In this document: positions 27,359-36,092 of the stretch, piece after piece
Numbering within the stretch: the stretch's first letter is position 1
How the letters are laid out: every line of letters begins with the position of its first letter
DNA from: Nitrospirota bacterium
GTDB taxonomy: Bacteria; Nitrospirota; Thermodesulfovibrionia; Thermodesulfovibrionales; BMS3Bbin05
Reading direction: 5' to 3'
NCBI GenBank assembly: GCA_020351835.1
Contig: CP070669.1
Coordinates: 102,782 to 166,781, forward strand
DNA: 64,000 nt
Made by a program: the position numbers and the translations under genes
The notes under the pieces: model-generated
Database searches by the model: none
Seen by the model: only the letters and a program-made list of their open reading frames with translations
Told to the model about the DNA's origin: nothing

Positions 27359-28692
27359 GCATCAGAATATTGATAGTCGACGATGAAGAACCGTTCAGGC
27401 GCCTGCTTAATAAAGAGCTCGGTCGCAAAGGATTTATCACTGAAACAGCTGAAGATGGCCGTGCTGCTTTGAAGATGCTCAAGGAAACCTCCTTCGATGT
27501 AGTACTGTTGGACATAATGATGCCCGGGATGGATGGGATGTCAATGCTGAAAAAGATGCGCTCAGATCCGGCATCTCCGGCTATAGTCGTGATAACCGGC
27601 AAGGCAACAGTTGATACTGCAGTAGAGGCTATGAAGAACGGCGCATACGATTACCTTACAAAGCCCTATAAGCTTGAAGAGCTCATAATTATTATCAACC
27701 GCGCCTACGACCAGAAGACTTTAAGGATAGAGAACCAGTTATTACAGCAGGAGCTCCAGAGAAAAGAGGGCGGTTTTGAGTTTATCGGCAAGAGCAGGTC
27801 GCACAAAGACCTGCTTAAGTTCATAGATAAAATATCTTCAACTGATTCAACGGTTCTGGTCCTGGGAGAAAGCGGTACCGGCAAGGAACTGGTCGCGAAT
27901 CACATATGGAAAAAAAGCAGACGAAGTAATAGACCTTTTATTGCCTTGAATTGCTCCACTTTTTCAGAGACTCTCATGGAAAGCGAGATATTCGGTCATG
28001 AGAAGGGTGCGTTCACAAGCGCCTTTAAGGTCAAAAGGGGTCTTGTGGAGACCGCTCACGGGGGAACGCTGTTCCTTGATGAGATAGGTGAAATGCCTCC
28101 CGGACTTCAGGCAAAAATTCTCAGGTTCCTTGATTCGGGAGAGTTCAGACGCGTTGGAGGCAACAAGAACCTTCGTGCCGACGTAAGGATCATCGCTGCA
28201 TCCAACCGGGACCTTGAAAAGGCCATTGAGAAAGGCGACTTCAGACAGGACCTTTATTTCAGGCTGAACGTCCTCAAGATGAATATGACTCCCCTGAGAG
28301 ATAGAAGGGATGATATAGAACCGCTAGCGACCTATTTCCTCGATAAGTTCAGGAGCTTATACGGAAAGTCCGTAGGCGGATTTGATAAGAGTTCTATGAA
28401 GATGCTCCACAATTATGATTGGCCGGGAAATGTGAGAGAACTGGAAAATGTCATAGAGAGGGCCGTAATATTATGCGAGAGTGATCTGATAACTAACGAT
28501 GATTTCATTATACCTTCAAGCAGCCCCGGGCAGGTCAACGAAGAAATCCCCCGTCTTAAGGAAATAGAGAAGGAACATATTAAAAAGGTACTTGAAAGAA
28601 CCGGTGGTAACAGATCACAGGCCAGCAAGCTTCTGGGCCTGGACAGAAAGACACTGTACCTTAAGCTTAAGAAATACGGACTTGAGGCATGA
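27355..28692 (+). CDS. NtrC-family sigma-54-dependent response regulator
   Basis: Receiver DVVLLDIMMPGMDG, Walker A GESGTGKE, ESEIFGHEKGAFTSA, WPGNVRELEN, C-terminal Fis-type HTH. Confidence 0.93.
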   Translation: MSIRILIVDDEEPFRRLLNKELGRKGFITETAEDGRAALKMLKETSFDVVLLDIMMPGMDGMSMLKKMRSDPASPAIVVITGKATVDTAVEAMKNGAYDYLTKPYKLEELIIIINRAYDQKTLRIENQLLQQELQRKEGGFEFIGKSRSHKDLLKFIDKISSTDSTVLVLGESGTGKELVANHIWKKSRRSNRPFIALNCSTFSETLMESEIFGHEKGAFTSAFKVKRGLVETAHGGTLFLDEIGEMPPGLQAKILRFLDSGEFRRVGGNKNLRADVRIIAASNRDLEKAIEKGDFRQDLYFRLNVLKMNMTPLRDRRDDIEPLATYFLDKFRSLYGKSVGGFDKSSMKMLHNYDWPGNVRELENVIERAVILCESDLITNDDFIIPSSSPGQVNEEIPRLKEIEKEHIKKVLERTGGNRSQASKLLGLDRKTLYLKLKKYGLEA

Positions 28693-28705
28693 TATATAAG
28701 TTACC

Positions 28706-29950
28706 CTACCTCTCTTCCCATTCCAGACCGCTCTCGATCAGCTGACCAAGCCTCTCCGCTGCTTCGGGATCAAGTTCTTTCAGCCTCTCATGCATCTCGA
28801 CTGCTTGTTCCCTTCTGTCAGTACTTACATATACTATTCCAAGTCCTTCAATGGCACTTACATTGTTAGGATCGATATCCAATGCTTTCTGAAAGGATTC
28901 GATAGAGCTCTTTGCCCTGTCCATATATATATCAAGCAGACTGAACCCAAGCCCGGCGTGATAATCGGGCACATCAGGGGATATCTCAACCGCTTTCTTA
29001 TACTCTTCATAGGCTTTATCGGGGAACCTCATGTTAAGAAGTGTCGCCCCGTACCACGCTCTAAGATCAGCATTGTCCGGGAACATAGCAAGTCCCTTTC
29101 TGAGCAGTTCTGCCGCTTTGCCGTAATCATCAGCATCATAATAAGAGGAGGCCTCATTGATGATATTGTCAACGGGAGCAGGGTTCACGCTCACATCCTG
29201 AGTGACAGAGTTCGCTTTAGAAAGCTCATCTGCTGAGACCTTTCTTCCATCTATTACCATAGTATCGCTTTCAGTCTCCTGTCCGTATTGTGATACTATC
29301 ACTTCGTCCTTCATGAATCCTTTCAGTATAATAGCGTCATCGAGGACTTTCCCGCTTTCGTTCTGAAAATCCCTTGCAAGGCCATAATTCTCGAACTTGC
29401 CTATCCTCACGCTGTAGAATCTGCCTACCATCTCGATCCGCAAATACTTCAGTTCGTCGGCTATCAATACTCTTACCAGTGAATCAAACCTCTCCTCCGC
29501 TTCCTTCCTTATACTGTAGTTCCCGAGCTGGAGCGTATAATATTCCTCCAGTTCAGGAGCTGACGGAGTATAGGCCTTTACAATATTAAGCTTTTCGTAA
29601 TCCAACTGTCTAAGTATAAATGCATCGGGAACGAAAACCCTTACACGCTCCATCAAGCTTATAGCGTCGGCTTTGTCCGGCAATCGGCCTATCCTGATAA
29701 TAAAGTACTTATTCCCTTTTTCTATCCTGAGATGTTCCAGGTCATTATCGCCGAGCTTTTTGCTTAGCATTTCATATTGTTTTGCAGCAAACTTTATTGC
29801 GGTCAACGAGTATGTTCCGGCCTGAACAGAATAGAACTTCTCAGACGCGTGTGAGTACACAGGCATGCCCAATAATGCACATGTCAGGAGTAAGACACAG
29901 ACTATCTCAAGTGACTTTTCCCTGATCCTCCGATCATATTTGCATACCAT
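28706..29950 (-). CDS. SPOR-domain (x2) plus TPR-repeat protein with N-terminal anchor
   Basis: Two YS/TLQ.G.Y...RIE..G..Y..RIG segments typical of SPOR. C-terminal TPR-like repeats (AELLRKGLAMFPDNADL...). Confidence 0.7.
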   Translation of the reverse strand: MVCKYDRRIREKSLEIVCVLLLTCALLGMPVYSHASEKFYSVQAGTYSLTAIKFAAKQYEMLSKKLGDNDLEHLRIEKGNKYFIIRIGRLPDKADAISLMERVRVFVPDAFILRQLDYEKLNIVKAYTPSAPELEEYYTLQLGNYSIRKEAEERFDSLVRVLIADELKYLRIEMVGRFYSVRIGKFENYGLARDFQNESGKVLDDAIILKGFMKDEVIVSQYGQETESDTMVIDGRKVSADELSKANSVTQDVSVNPAPVDNIINEASSYYDADDYGKAAELLRKGLAMFPDNADLRAWYGATLLNMRFPDKAYEEYKKAVEISPDVPDYHAGLGFSLLDIYMDRAKSSIESFQKALDIDPNNVSAIEGLGIVYVSTDRREQAVEMHERLKELDPEAAERLGQLIESGLEWEER

Positions 29951-30090
29951 AAACCAATTATATCAAATAACTATATGTATATTCCCAATGATACTCAAGT
30001 CACAGATATGTGTCTCAACAATGTGGTCCATAAATATTTTTTCTGGGTCCTTATTTCTGTATAATAGTCATCACGAGGAGGGTTCTTACA

Positions 30091-30588
30091 TTGCATATCA
30101 GGACCGTGTTAATGTTGGCGTTATTTACTGCTGTTATTTCTCTGCCCCCTGTTTACGGCACTGAAGACCAGCAACAACAAATGTTCACCGATGAAGATCT
30201 TGAAGTGTATCGAAAAGACAACGATAAAGAAAGACCGGTTAGTGACGTCAAGGCAGCTGATAAAAAGATACAAAGCAGACAGGAAGAGGAATATAACTAT
30301 AAATATGAACAGGCGCAAATGAACTACTGGTGCAAGCTAGGCTCGAAGTACGAAGTTAAAATAGAGAGGGCAAAGAAGGACATAGAGCTTGCAGAAGAAC
30401 ATCTGAACGAGACCGAGGATGATTTTAGAACACTTAGGAACCAGCAGTGGCGCATACGACTTGCTAAAAAGAAACTTGAATCTGCCAAGCTTCGACTAAA
30501 GCGTGCCGAAGAAGATATGTACCGCATCGAGAATGATGCACGCAGGCAGTCAATACCTCATGGATGGCTCAGATGTGATTTCGACTGA
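30091..30588 (+). CDS. Secreted Lys/Glu-rich coiled-coil protein
   Basis: TTG start after GAGGAGGG and signal peptide MLALFTAVISLPPVYG. No domain recognised. Confidence 0.6.
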   Translation: MHIRTVLMLALFTAVISLPPVYGTEDQQQQMFTDEDLEVYRKDNDKERPVSDVKAADKKIQSRQEEEYNYKYEQAQMNYWCKLGSKYEVKIERAKKDIELAEEHLNETEDDFRTLRNQQWRIRLAKKKLESAKLRLKRAEEDMYRIENDARRQSIPHGWLRCDFD

Positions 30589-31657
30589 TAAAGTTCTTAA
30601 TACCTTTAATAAGTTCAGCATTTGACCGGTGGTCCCTTAAGGCAATATATAAATATCCCTTGCCAAGTCCAGGCATATCATCGCATCTTTTTACGATCGA
30701 CCTTATTTTGAACAGATCATTGTATAGTTGCTCTGAGAGATCAGTATAAATCAGATAGCTGCTCGACTCGCTCCGAACAAATTCGACACCTGCCTTTTTC
30801 AATTCTTTCTCAATAAATACCTTTTCCGCCTTTAACCACGTCTTGGTTTCCGTTACATATACCCTGTCCTTTAGCGCAACTGCTGCAGCCCTCTGCGACA
30901 GAAGGTCCGGGGGCGTTACCCTGGCGCTCTTTGTTATCTTTCCGATCAGGTCCTGATTCAATACGGCAAAAGAGAAACCGAGCCCGCATAGACCGTAATA
31001 TGGCGATAAAGAACTTAATACTATAATGAACCCGTTATCGGAAACCGCATCTGCGACCGACCCACCATTGCAGAACCCTGTTAAAGATTCGTCGATTAAC
31101 ATATAGCACTTCTTCTCCCGGGCTGCTTCTGCAAGTTCAAGCACATTCTTCCTGTTAAGACATCTGCCGGTGATCACATTCGGATTTGATATAAGCGCCA
31201 TACCGCCTTTCGTCATGTTATCTATCAGTTCGTTCTTAGCAAACAAGAAACCTTCTTCTTTGCTCGAGCTAATGGTCCTGATGTTGCTTTCTCCGGTTCC
31301 CGTGCCTTCATGTGAAGATATGGATAACAGTCCTGGGTCATCTGGCATATTTACGATCAACTTCACTGGCAACACAGCCGTAATAATGGCATTTAATAAG
31401 CTGAGATGATCTGCTCCACAGATGATCTGTTCTTTATCTGCTTTCAGGTGCCCGGCCAGGTGCTTGCGTATCCTTACGCAATCAGGATCGGGCTGTTCGT
31501 TCAAGCGCTTCAGGTATCTTCTGAGCTCTGCCTTAACCTTCTGGGATGGCCCAAGCGGATTTACAGGCCTTGAGAAATCGTTGATATATCGCTCCTGTAC
31601 CTTCAGGATCTCAGCGGCCCTGTAAATGTTCATATCTCCATTACCTTCGAATATCAT
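30569..31657 (-). CDS. CobD/HisC-family aminotransferase-fold protein (threonine-phosphate-decarboxylase-like) lacking the PLP lysine
   Basis: Aligns by eye with CobD: NDFSRPVNPLG, SNPNVITG, LIDESLTGF, DMPGLGKGYLYIAL. The expected SLTKxYGxPGLRxGY is SLSPYYGLCGLGFSF instead. Confidence 0.7.
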   Translation of the reverse strand: MIFEGNGDMNIYRAAEILKVQERYINDFSRPVNPLGPSQKVKAELRRYLKRLNEQPDPDCVRIRKHLAGHLKADKEQIICGADHLSLLNAIITAVLPVKLIVNMPDDPGLLSISSHEGTGTGESNIRTISSSKEEGFLFAKNELIDNMTKGGMALISNPNVITGRCLNRKNVLELAEAAREKKCYMLIDESLTGFCNGGSVADAVSDNGFIIVLSSLSPYYGLCGLGFSFAVLNQDLIGKITKSARVTPPDLLSQRAAAVALKDRVYVTETKTWLKAEKVFIEKELKKAGVEFVRSESSSYLIYTDLSEQLYNDLFKIRSIVKRCDDMPGLGKGYLYIALRDHRSNAELIKGIKNFISRNHI

Positions 31658-31730
31658 TTATTAGGTCCCTGTTGAACGGTTCTATTATAGCAGGAAAACT
31701 ATGGGCTAAATAGTTATAATTAATCCTGCT

Positions 31731-32471
31731 ATGGGCATTATAACTTCAGATGGTCTGACCAAGAAATACGGAGAACTTCTGGCCGTTAACGATGTTAGTT
31801 TCGATATCAACGAGGGGGAGTGCTTTGGCTTTCTTGGTCCTAATGGTGCCGGGAAGACCACCGTAATGAGCATAATATACTGTTTTATGCCTCCCACATC
31901 GGGACTTGTTAAGGTATTCAACATGGACGTGACCAAAGAGCCCGGAACTATCAAGTCAAGGACAGGTGTAATGCCACAGGACGATAATCTCGACCCGGAC
32001 CTAAGCGTTCTTGAGAACCTTATAGTGTATGCACGCTATTTCGATATCATGAAGAAGGATTCTCTTGCTCTTTCAAACAGGTTACTTGAATTTGTAGATC
32101 TGTCAGAAAAGGCAGACGTTAATATAAAGGACCTGTCCGGAGGAATGAAGCGAAGGCTTCTTCTGGCAAGATCACTTCTGAACGATCCGGACCTTCTTAT
32201 TCTGGATGAACCTACTACCGGACTCGATCCGCACAGCAGGCGGGACGTGTGGGCCAAGTTAAACCACCTGAAGTTCAATAATACTACTCTTCTTTTAACT
32301 ACACATTACATGGAAGAGGCTCAGAGGCTCTGCGACCGTGTGGCCATCATGGACCTCGGTAAGTTGATCACCATAGATTCACCGGCCAATCTAATGGATA
32401 TTCATGGCGGGAACCTCGAAGATGTCTACATCAAGCTGACAGGTAAAAAGCTTTCGGGAGATACAGTATGA
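31731..32471 (+). CDS. ABC transporter ATP-binding protein (ABC-2/DrrA-NodI type)
   Basis: Walker A GPNGAGKTT, signature LSGGMKRRL, Walker B LILDEPT. Confidence 0.93.
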   Translation: MGIITSDGLTKKYGELLAVNDVSFDINEGECFGFLGPNGAGKTTVMSIIYCFMPPTSGLVKVFNMDVTKEPGTIKSRTGVMPQDDNLDPDLSVLENLIVYARYFDIMKKDSLALSNRLLEFVDLSEKADVNIKDLSGGMKRRLLLARSLLNDPDLLILDEPTTGLDPHSRRDVWAKLNHLKFNNTTLLLTTHYMEEAQRLCDRVAIMDLGKLITIDSPANLMDIHGGNLEDVYIKLTGKKLSGDTV

Positions 32472-33223
32472 AGTTTATTAAAGCGATACGCGTATGGCAA
32501 AGACACCTTACGGTATACTCAAAGCTTTACAAGTCCAGCCTGGTTCTTAACTTCATAGAGCCCGTTCTGTATCTTGTCGCTCTCGGTCTGGGTCTTGGAG
32601 CTTTCGTACGAGAGATAAACGGGATGCCGTATCTGAACTTCATCGCTCCCGGGATCGTCGCTTCTTCGGCCATGTTCGCCGCAACATATGAATGCTCCTA
32701 CGGGACATATGTTCGCATGACTTATCAGAAGACGTTCGACGCTATACTTGCTACTCCCGTGAACCTGGATGACCTTATTGCGGGAGAGGTGATATGGGGA
32801 GCAACAAAGAGCGCTCTTTACGGTTCTATTATTATAATTGTAATCTCTTTGTTCGGCCTTGTAGAGTCGCCGCTGATAATACTTTCGATACCGCTTCTCT
32901 TCTGCATTGGTCTAATCTTCTCAGAGATATCGATCATATTCGTAGCTGTCGTGCCGGGGATAGACTCATTCAACTATTTTTTTACTCTATTTATGACACC
33001 TATGTTCTTATTTTCCGGCATATTCTTTCCAATTGATAATCTTCCGGGGATCGTAAATGTAATAGCCTACTTCACACCACTGTACCATATGGTAAATATT
33101 ATGAGGGCTTTTGCCGCTGGTGAACTATTAGCGGTCATTAAGGATATAGTATGGATACTGGTCGCGATATTCTTGCTCGCTCCAATACCGTTCGGTCTGA
33201 TGCGGAAGAGGATAATCAAGTAG
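32468..33223 (+). CDS. ABC-2 type transporter permease
   Basis: 251 aa with 6 predicted TM helices. There is a 4-nt overlap with the ATPase gene. Confidence 0.88.
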   Translation: MKFIKAIRVWQRHLTVYSKLYKSSLVLNFIEPVLYLVALGLGLGAFVREINGMPYLNFIAPGIVASSAMFAATYECSYGTYVRMTYQKTFDAILATPVNLDDLIAGEVIWGATKSALYGSIIIIVISLFGLVESPLIILSIPLLFCIGLIFSEISIIFVAVVPGIDSFNYFFTLFMTPMFLFSGIFFPIDNLPGIVNVIAYFTPLYHMVNIMRAFAAGELLAVIKDIVWILVAIFLLAPIPFGLMRKRIIK

Positions 33224-33250
33224 GCTGGCTAAATGATGTGACTATGAGGA

Positions 33251-33934
33251 TCAGATATCCCCGCCGGGATTTCTGCTCCTGACAAAATCTTCTATTAAGT
33301 TCCGGTTATCCTGCGAAAGATCGATGAACTTAATGCCGTATAAACGAACATCCTGTGACTTCTTTTCCTCTCTCACCACCTCACCGTTTACGGAAATATT
33401 TACCGACCTCAGGAAAAAAGCGCACTCTATATCAACGCCGGGTTCAAGAACCTTCTCTGTCTCGAGGAGCACCCCTGAAACACTCAGATTGTGAGATGTG
33501 CAGAAGAATGACTCCTTCCTGATCTTGCTCTTCACTGTAACTTTCATTAATACTCTGTAACTTTCGCGACCGTGGATATTAAGCAGGTCATTTACTTGTG
33601 AAGAAAGGTCTTTAGGTGACAAAGGCTTCGAGAGGTATGCATTCGCTCCGCATGTATTACTTCTGTCCTTGGCCGACTGGCTCTCAAATCCAGTAAGGAT
33701 CACCGATATGTTCTTTAGTTCTGGCCTCTTACGCAAAGAAGAACAAAGCTCATCTCCGTTCATTCCCGGCATATCCAGTTCCGATATAATGACATCGACC
33801 GGGTCCTTCCTTATCAATTCCAGGGCCTCCTGTGCGGATTCCACTCCACTGACCTGTAATCCCTGTTTTGTAAGAGATGTAACTTTCTTCTCAAGAGAAG
33901 ATTTGAGTGGATCTACTATAAGGATCTTCCTCAT
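33251..33934 (-). CDS. Receiver-PilZ two-domain protein (atypical receiver)
   Basis: MRKILIVDP...DVIISELDMPGMNG...LSKP, then a PilZ-like half (RESYRV...HNLSVSGVLL). The ORF opens at 34006, but the REC fold starts at 33934. Confidence 0.8.
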   Translation of the reverse strand: MRKILIVDPLKSSLEKKVTSLTKQGLQVSGVESAQEALELIRKDPVDVIISELDMPGMNGDELCSSLRKRPELKNISVILTGFESQSAKDRSNTCGANAYLSKPLSPKDLSSQVNDLLNIHGRESYRVLMKVTVKSKIRKESFFCTSHNLSVSGVLLETEKVLEPGVDIECAFFLRSVNISVNGEVVREEKKSQDVRLYGIKFIDLSQDNRNLIEDFVRSRNPGGDI

Positions 33935-34009
33935 AGCATGATTATAGCAGGATTGCTGATTTTGTATAAATGAACACGTACCGTTGTTAGAGAAAAACCT
34001 CTGCACAGG

Positions 34010-35041
34010 TCACTGGACCTGGTCCCAATACCCCTTAGGCATATCCTTCGCCAGCGCCAATGCTCCATTGGCTCCTGAGAAGACAGGATCGGTCGCAACC
34101 GTTACCTTGCCGGACCCGTATTCCTTAAGGCGCCCCTCTATATACTCACGTATCCCTCGTATCTGGCTCCCGCCCCCGGACAGTATCACGTTATCCCGTA
34201 CCTTGGCCTGGTATTCCGGATCGAACTTTGCTATCATTTCTGTAACCGTCTCGATTATGGCCGGCAATATGGACTCGCATGCACGTTTGACCTCATCGGT
34301 TATATCGTGTTCTGTAGGTTTACCGGCCACAGGTATCTCGACCTTTATCGGTGCACTGCTATTGCCAACAAACCCGTTGCTTTCCTTAAAACCCTTTACC
34401 ATGTTCATGTTAAAGGTAGATCCCGGGTATTTCTCCGTAAGGAAATTGTTCAATTGCTGATCGATGTAATCTCCGGCGTTGATTATTGTCTTCTGGTCCT
34501 CATCAGCAGGTAACGTTCCGTGCATGATACAAAAGTCTACAGTACCCGCACCAATATCTATAACGATGGCGTTGTTAAGCATATTAAGTCCGTAAGCTAC
34601 CGCAAAAGGTTCCGATACTACCATGATCGAGTCTGTAAAACCGGAAACAGCACTTCTGATAGCCAACTTATTCACCTTGAATGATTCTGCAGGCACACCA
34701 ACAACAGCATTGATCTTCTGTCCCTCAGAAGGATTAACCAGCTTTATCAGATAATGTATCAGTTCCTTAACTGCTTCTGCATCTTTTGCAGTTCCTTCTT
34801 TCAGTACACCCTTCTCAAGCGGCCTGTAAAGGTCAAGAGATAACCTGTTCTTAAGGGCTTCACGACCGAACAGCACGGATTTGCCCAGTACTTTTGCAGA
34901 TATAAAGTCCTTGGGCCACCCGACATAGCTCTCGACCCATTTCTTCTCACCATTGCTGGCCGCTATTGCACTACTGGATGTTCCGAGATCGATCCCGACA
35001 TAAAGAACTTCATCTGCGCTCTTCATCTCACCTGGCTGCAT
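34010..35041 (-). CDS. MamK-like actin-family filament protein
   Basis: GIDLGTSSSA, VGWPKD, VVSEPFAVAYG, IDIGAGTVD, LSGGGSQIRG. Collinear by eye with MamK along the whole length. AAGGAGA SD 8 nt upstream. Confidence 0.8.
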   Translation of the reverse strand: MQPGEMKSADEVLYVGIDLGTSSSAIAASNGEKKWVESYVGWPKDFISAKVLGKSVLFGREALKNRLSLDLYRPLEKGVLKEGTAKDAEAVKELIHYLIKLVNPSEGQKINAVVGVPAESFKVNKLAIRSAVSGFTDSIMVVSEPFAVAYGLNMLNNAIVIDIGAGTVDFCIMHGTLPADEDQKTIINAGDYIDQQLNNFLTEKYPGSTFNMNMVKGFKESNGFVGNSSAPIKVEIPVAGKPTEHDITDEVKRACESILPAIIETVTEMIAKFDPEYQAKVRDNVILSGGGSQIRGIREYIEGRLKEYGSGKVTVATDPVFSGANGALALAKDMPKGYWDQVQ

Positions 35042-36092
35042 AGTGCGTTTCTCCTTTATTAAAGTTCTTGTTAAGGTACTTGACCACTCCCTCTTCGAGA
35101 TAATTTGCTATCTCTTCTCTGTAAAGCTCAGCGTTCAGCTTCATCTCTTCGCTCTCATTGCTCAGGCACGATATCTCAGTGAGAACGCTCGGCACATCGA
35201 CCCCGAGCAGCACGACAAACGGTGCTGTCTTTATCCCGTAATCCAGTATCTCCTTATTGCTCTTGCTAATGTTCCCATACAAGCTTTCCTGTATGAATGT
35301 GGCGAGCTGCTTTGACTCCTGGAACTTCATTGTATCGCCGATCTTCATTACAACGTTCCTGTAAGCACTCAACGTATATTCCGTCCCTTCATTCTCTTTC
35401 TCAGCCAGTTTCAGCGTCTCCTCATCGGAATAGGCCCCAAAATAATAGGTCTCTATTATATTTATCGGCTTACGCGGAACGTAGTTCACGTGTATAGATA
35501 TGTACAGATCGGCGTTGTGTTTATTAGCGAACTCGATCCTGTCGTTAAGGGGTACAGTTACATCGTTCTCCCTGGTCATGAGTATCTGGTAGTTCTTGAA
35601 CCTGGTAAGTTTATCTCTAAGCCTCTTTGCAATATCGAGGGTGATATCCTTCTCTTCAGTGCCCATCTTACCGATAGCACCGGGATCATCTCCCCCGTGG
35701 CCGGGGTCTATTATTATTGTCCTGACCTTGAAACCGAAAATGTTCCAGATCGGCTGCATCGAATCTGCAAAAAGAGATCTGTAGTATGAAAGGTCCTGTC
35801 CTGAATCAGAAACCTGCATCAACCGCTGAGGGCTGAAGGAAGAGGTTACCTGCGGTGGGATCTCCGGGCTAACTGCTCCGACATTAGCAAGTTCGGAGGA
35901 ATCGAACCTCCCTATGAGCAGAAAGAAGACCATCGAAAAGAGCACAACGGAACTCTTCATCAAGACCCCCATCTTCCTGTACCCGCTACTGCGAGGGCGA
36001 CGGCCCAGCATCACGAGGTTTTCCTCATAGACACCCTTTAAGATGGCTCTGCGCCTGCGGGCACCACTGCCATTAATACTGCCTAAGATCAC
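35028..36092 (-). CDS. N-acetylmuramoyl-L-alanine amidase (Amidase_3, AmiA/B/C-like) with an Arg-rich N-terminus and TM anchor
   Basis: IIIDPGHGGDDPGAIG, ADLYISIHVN, TAPFVVL..VDVPSVLTEISCLSNESE. GTG start after GAGGGGGA. There is a 14-nt overlap with the MamK-like gene. Confidence 0.88.
   Translation of the reverse strand: MILGSINGSGARRRRAILKGVYEENLVMLGRRPRSSGYRKMGVLMKSSVVLFSMVFFLLIGRFDSSELANVGAVSPEIPPQVTSSFSPQRLMQVSDSGQDLSYYRSLFADSMQPIWNIFGFKVRTIIIDPGHGGDDPGAIGKMGTEEKDITLDIAKRLRDKLTRFKNYQILMTRENDVTVPLNDRIEFANKHNADLYISIHVNYVPRKPINIIETYYFGAYSDEETLKLAEKENEGTEYTLSAYRNVVMKIGDTMKFQESKQLATFIQESLYGNISKSNKEILDYGIKTAPFVVLLGVDVPSVLTEISCLSNESEEMKLNAELYREEIANYLEEGVVKYLNKNFNKGETHYAAR

Noticed and set aside
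33935-34006. 24-codon extension of the receiver-PilZ ORF (MQRFFSNNGTCSFIQNQQSCYNHA)
   Set aside because: The receiver fold begins at MRKILIVDP (33934). The extension has no similarity to anything I recognise and contains the putative -10 box. Translational coupling to the MamK-like gene via the 34006 start cannot be fully excluded.
34010-35041. MamK-like gene as a marker of a magnetosome island
   Set aside because: No other mam, mad or man genes, tubulin-like gene, cation-diffusion-facilitator gene or magnetochrome gene occurs in the surrounding 60 kb. The neighbours are an amidase and a REC-PilZ protein.
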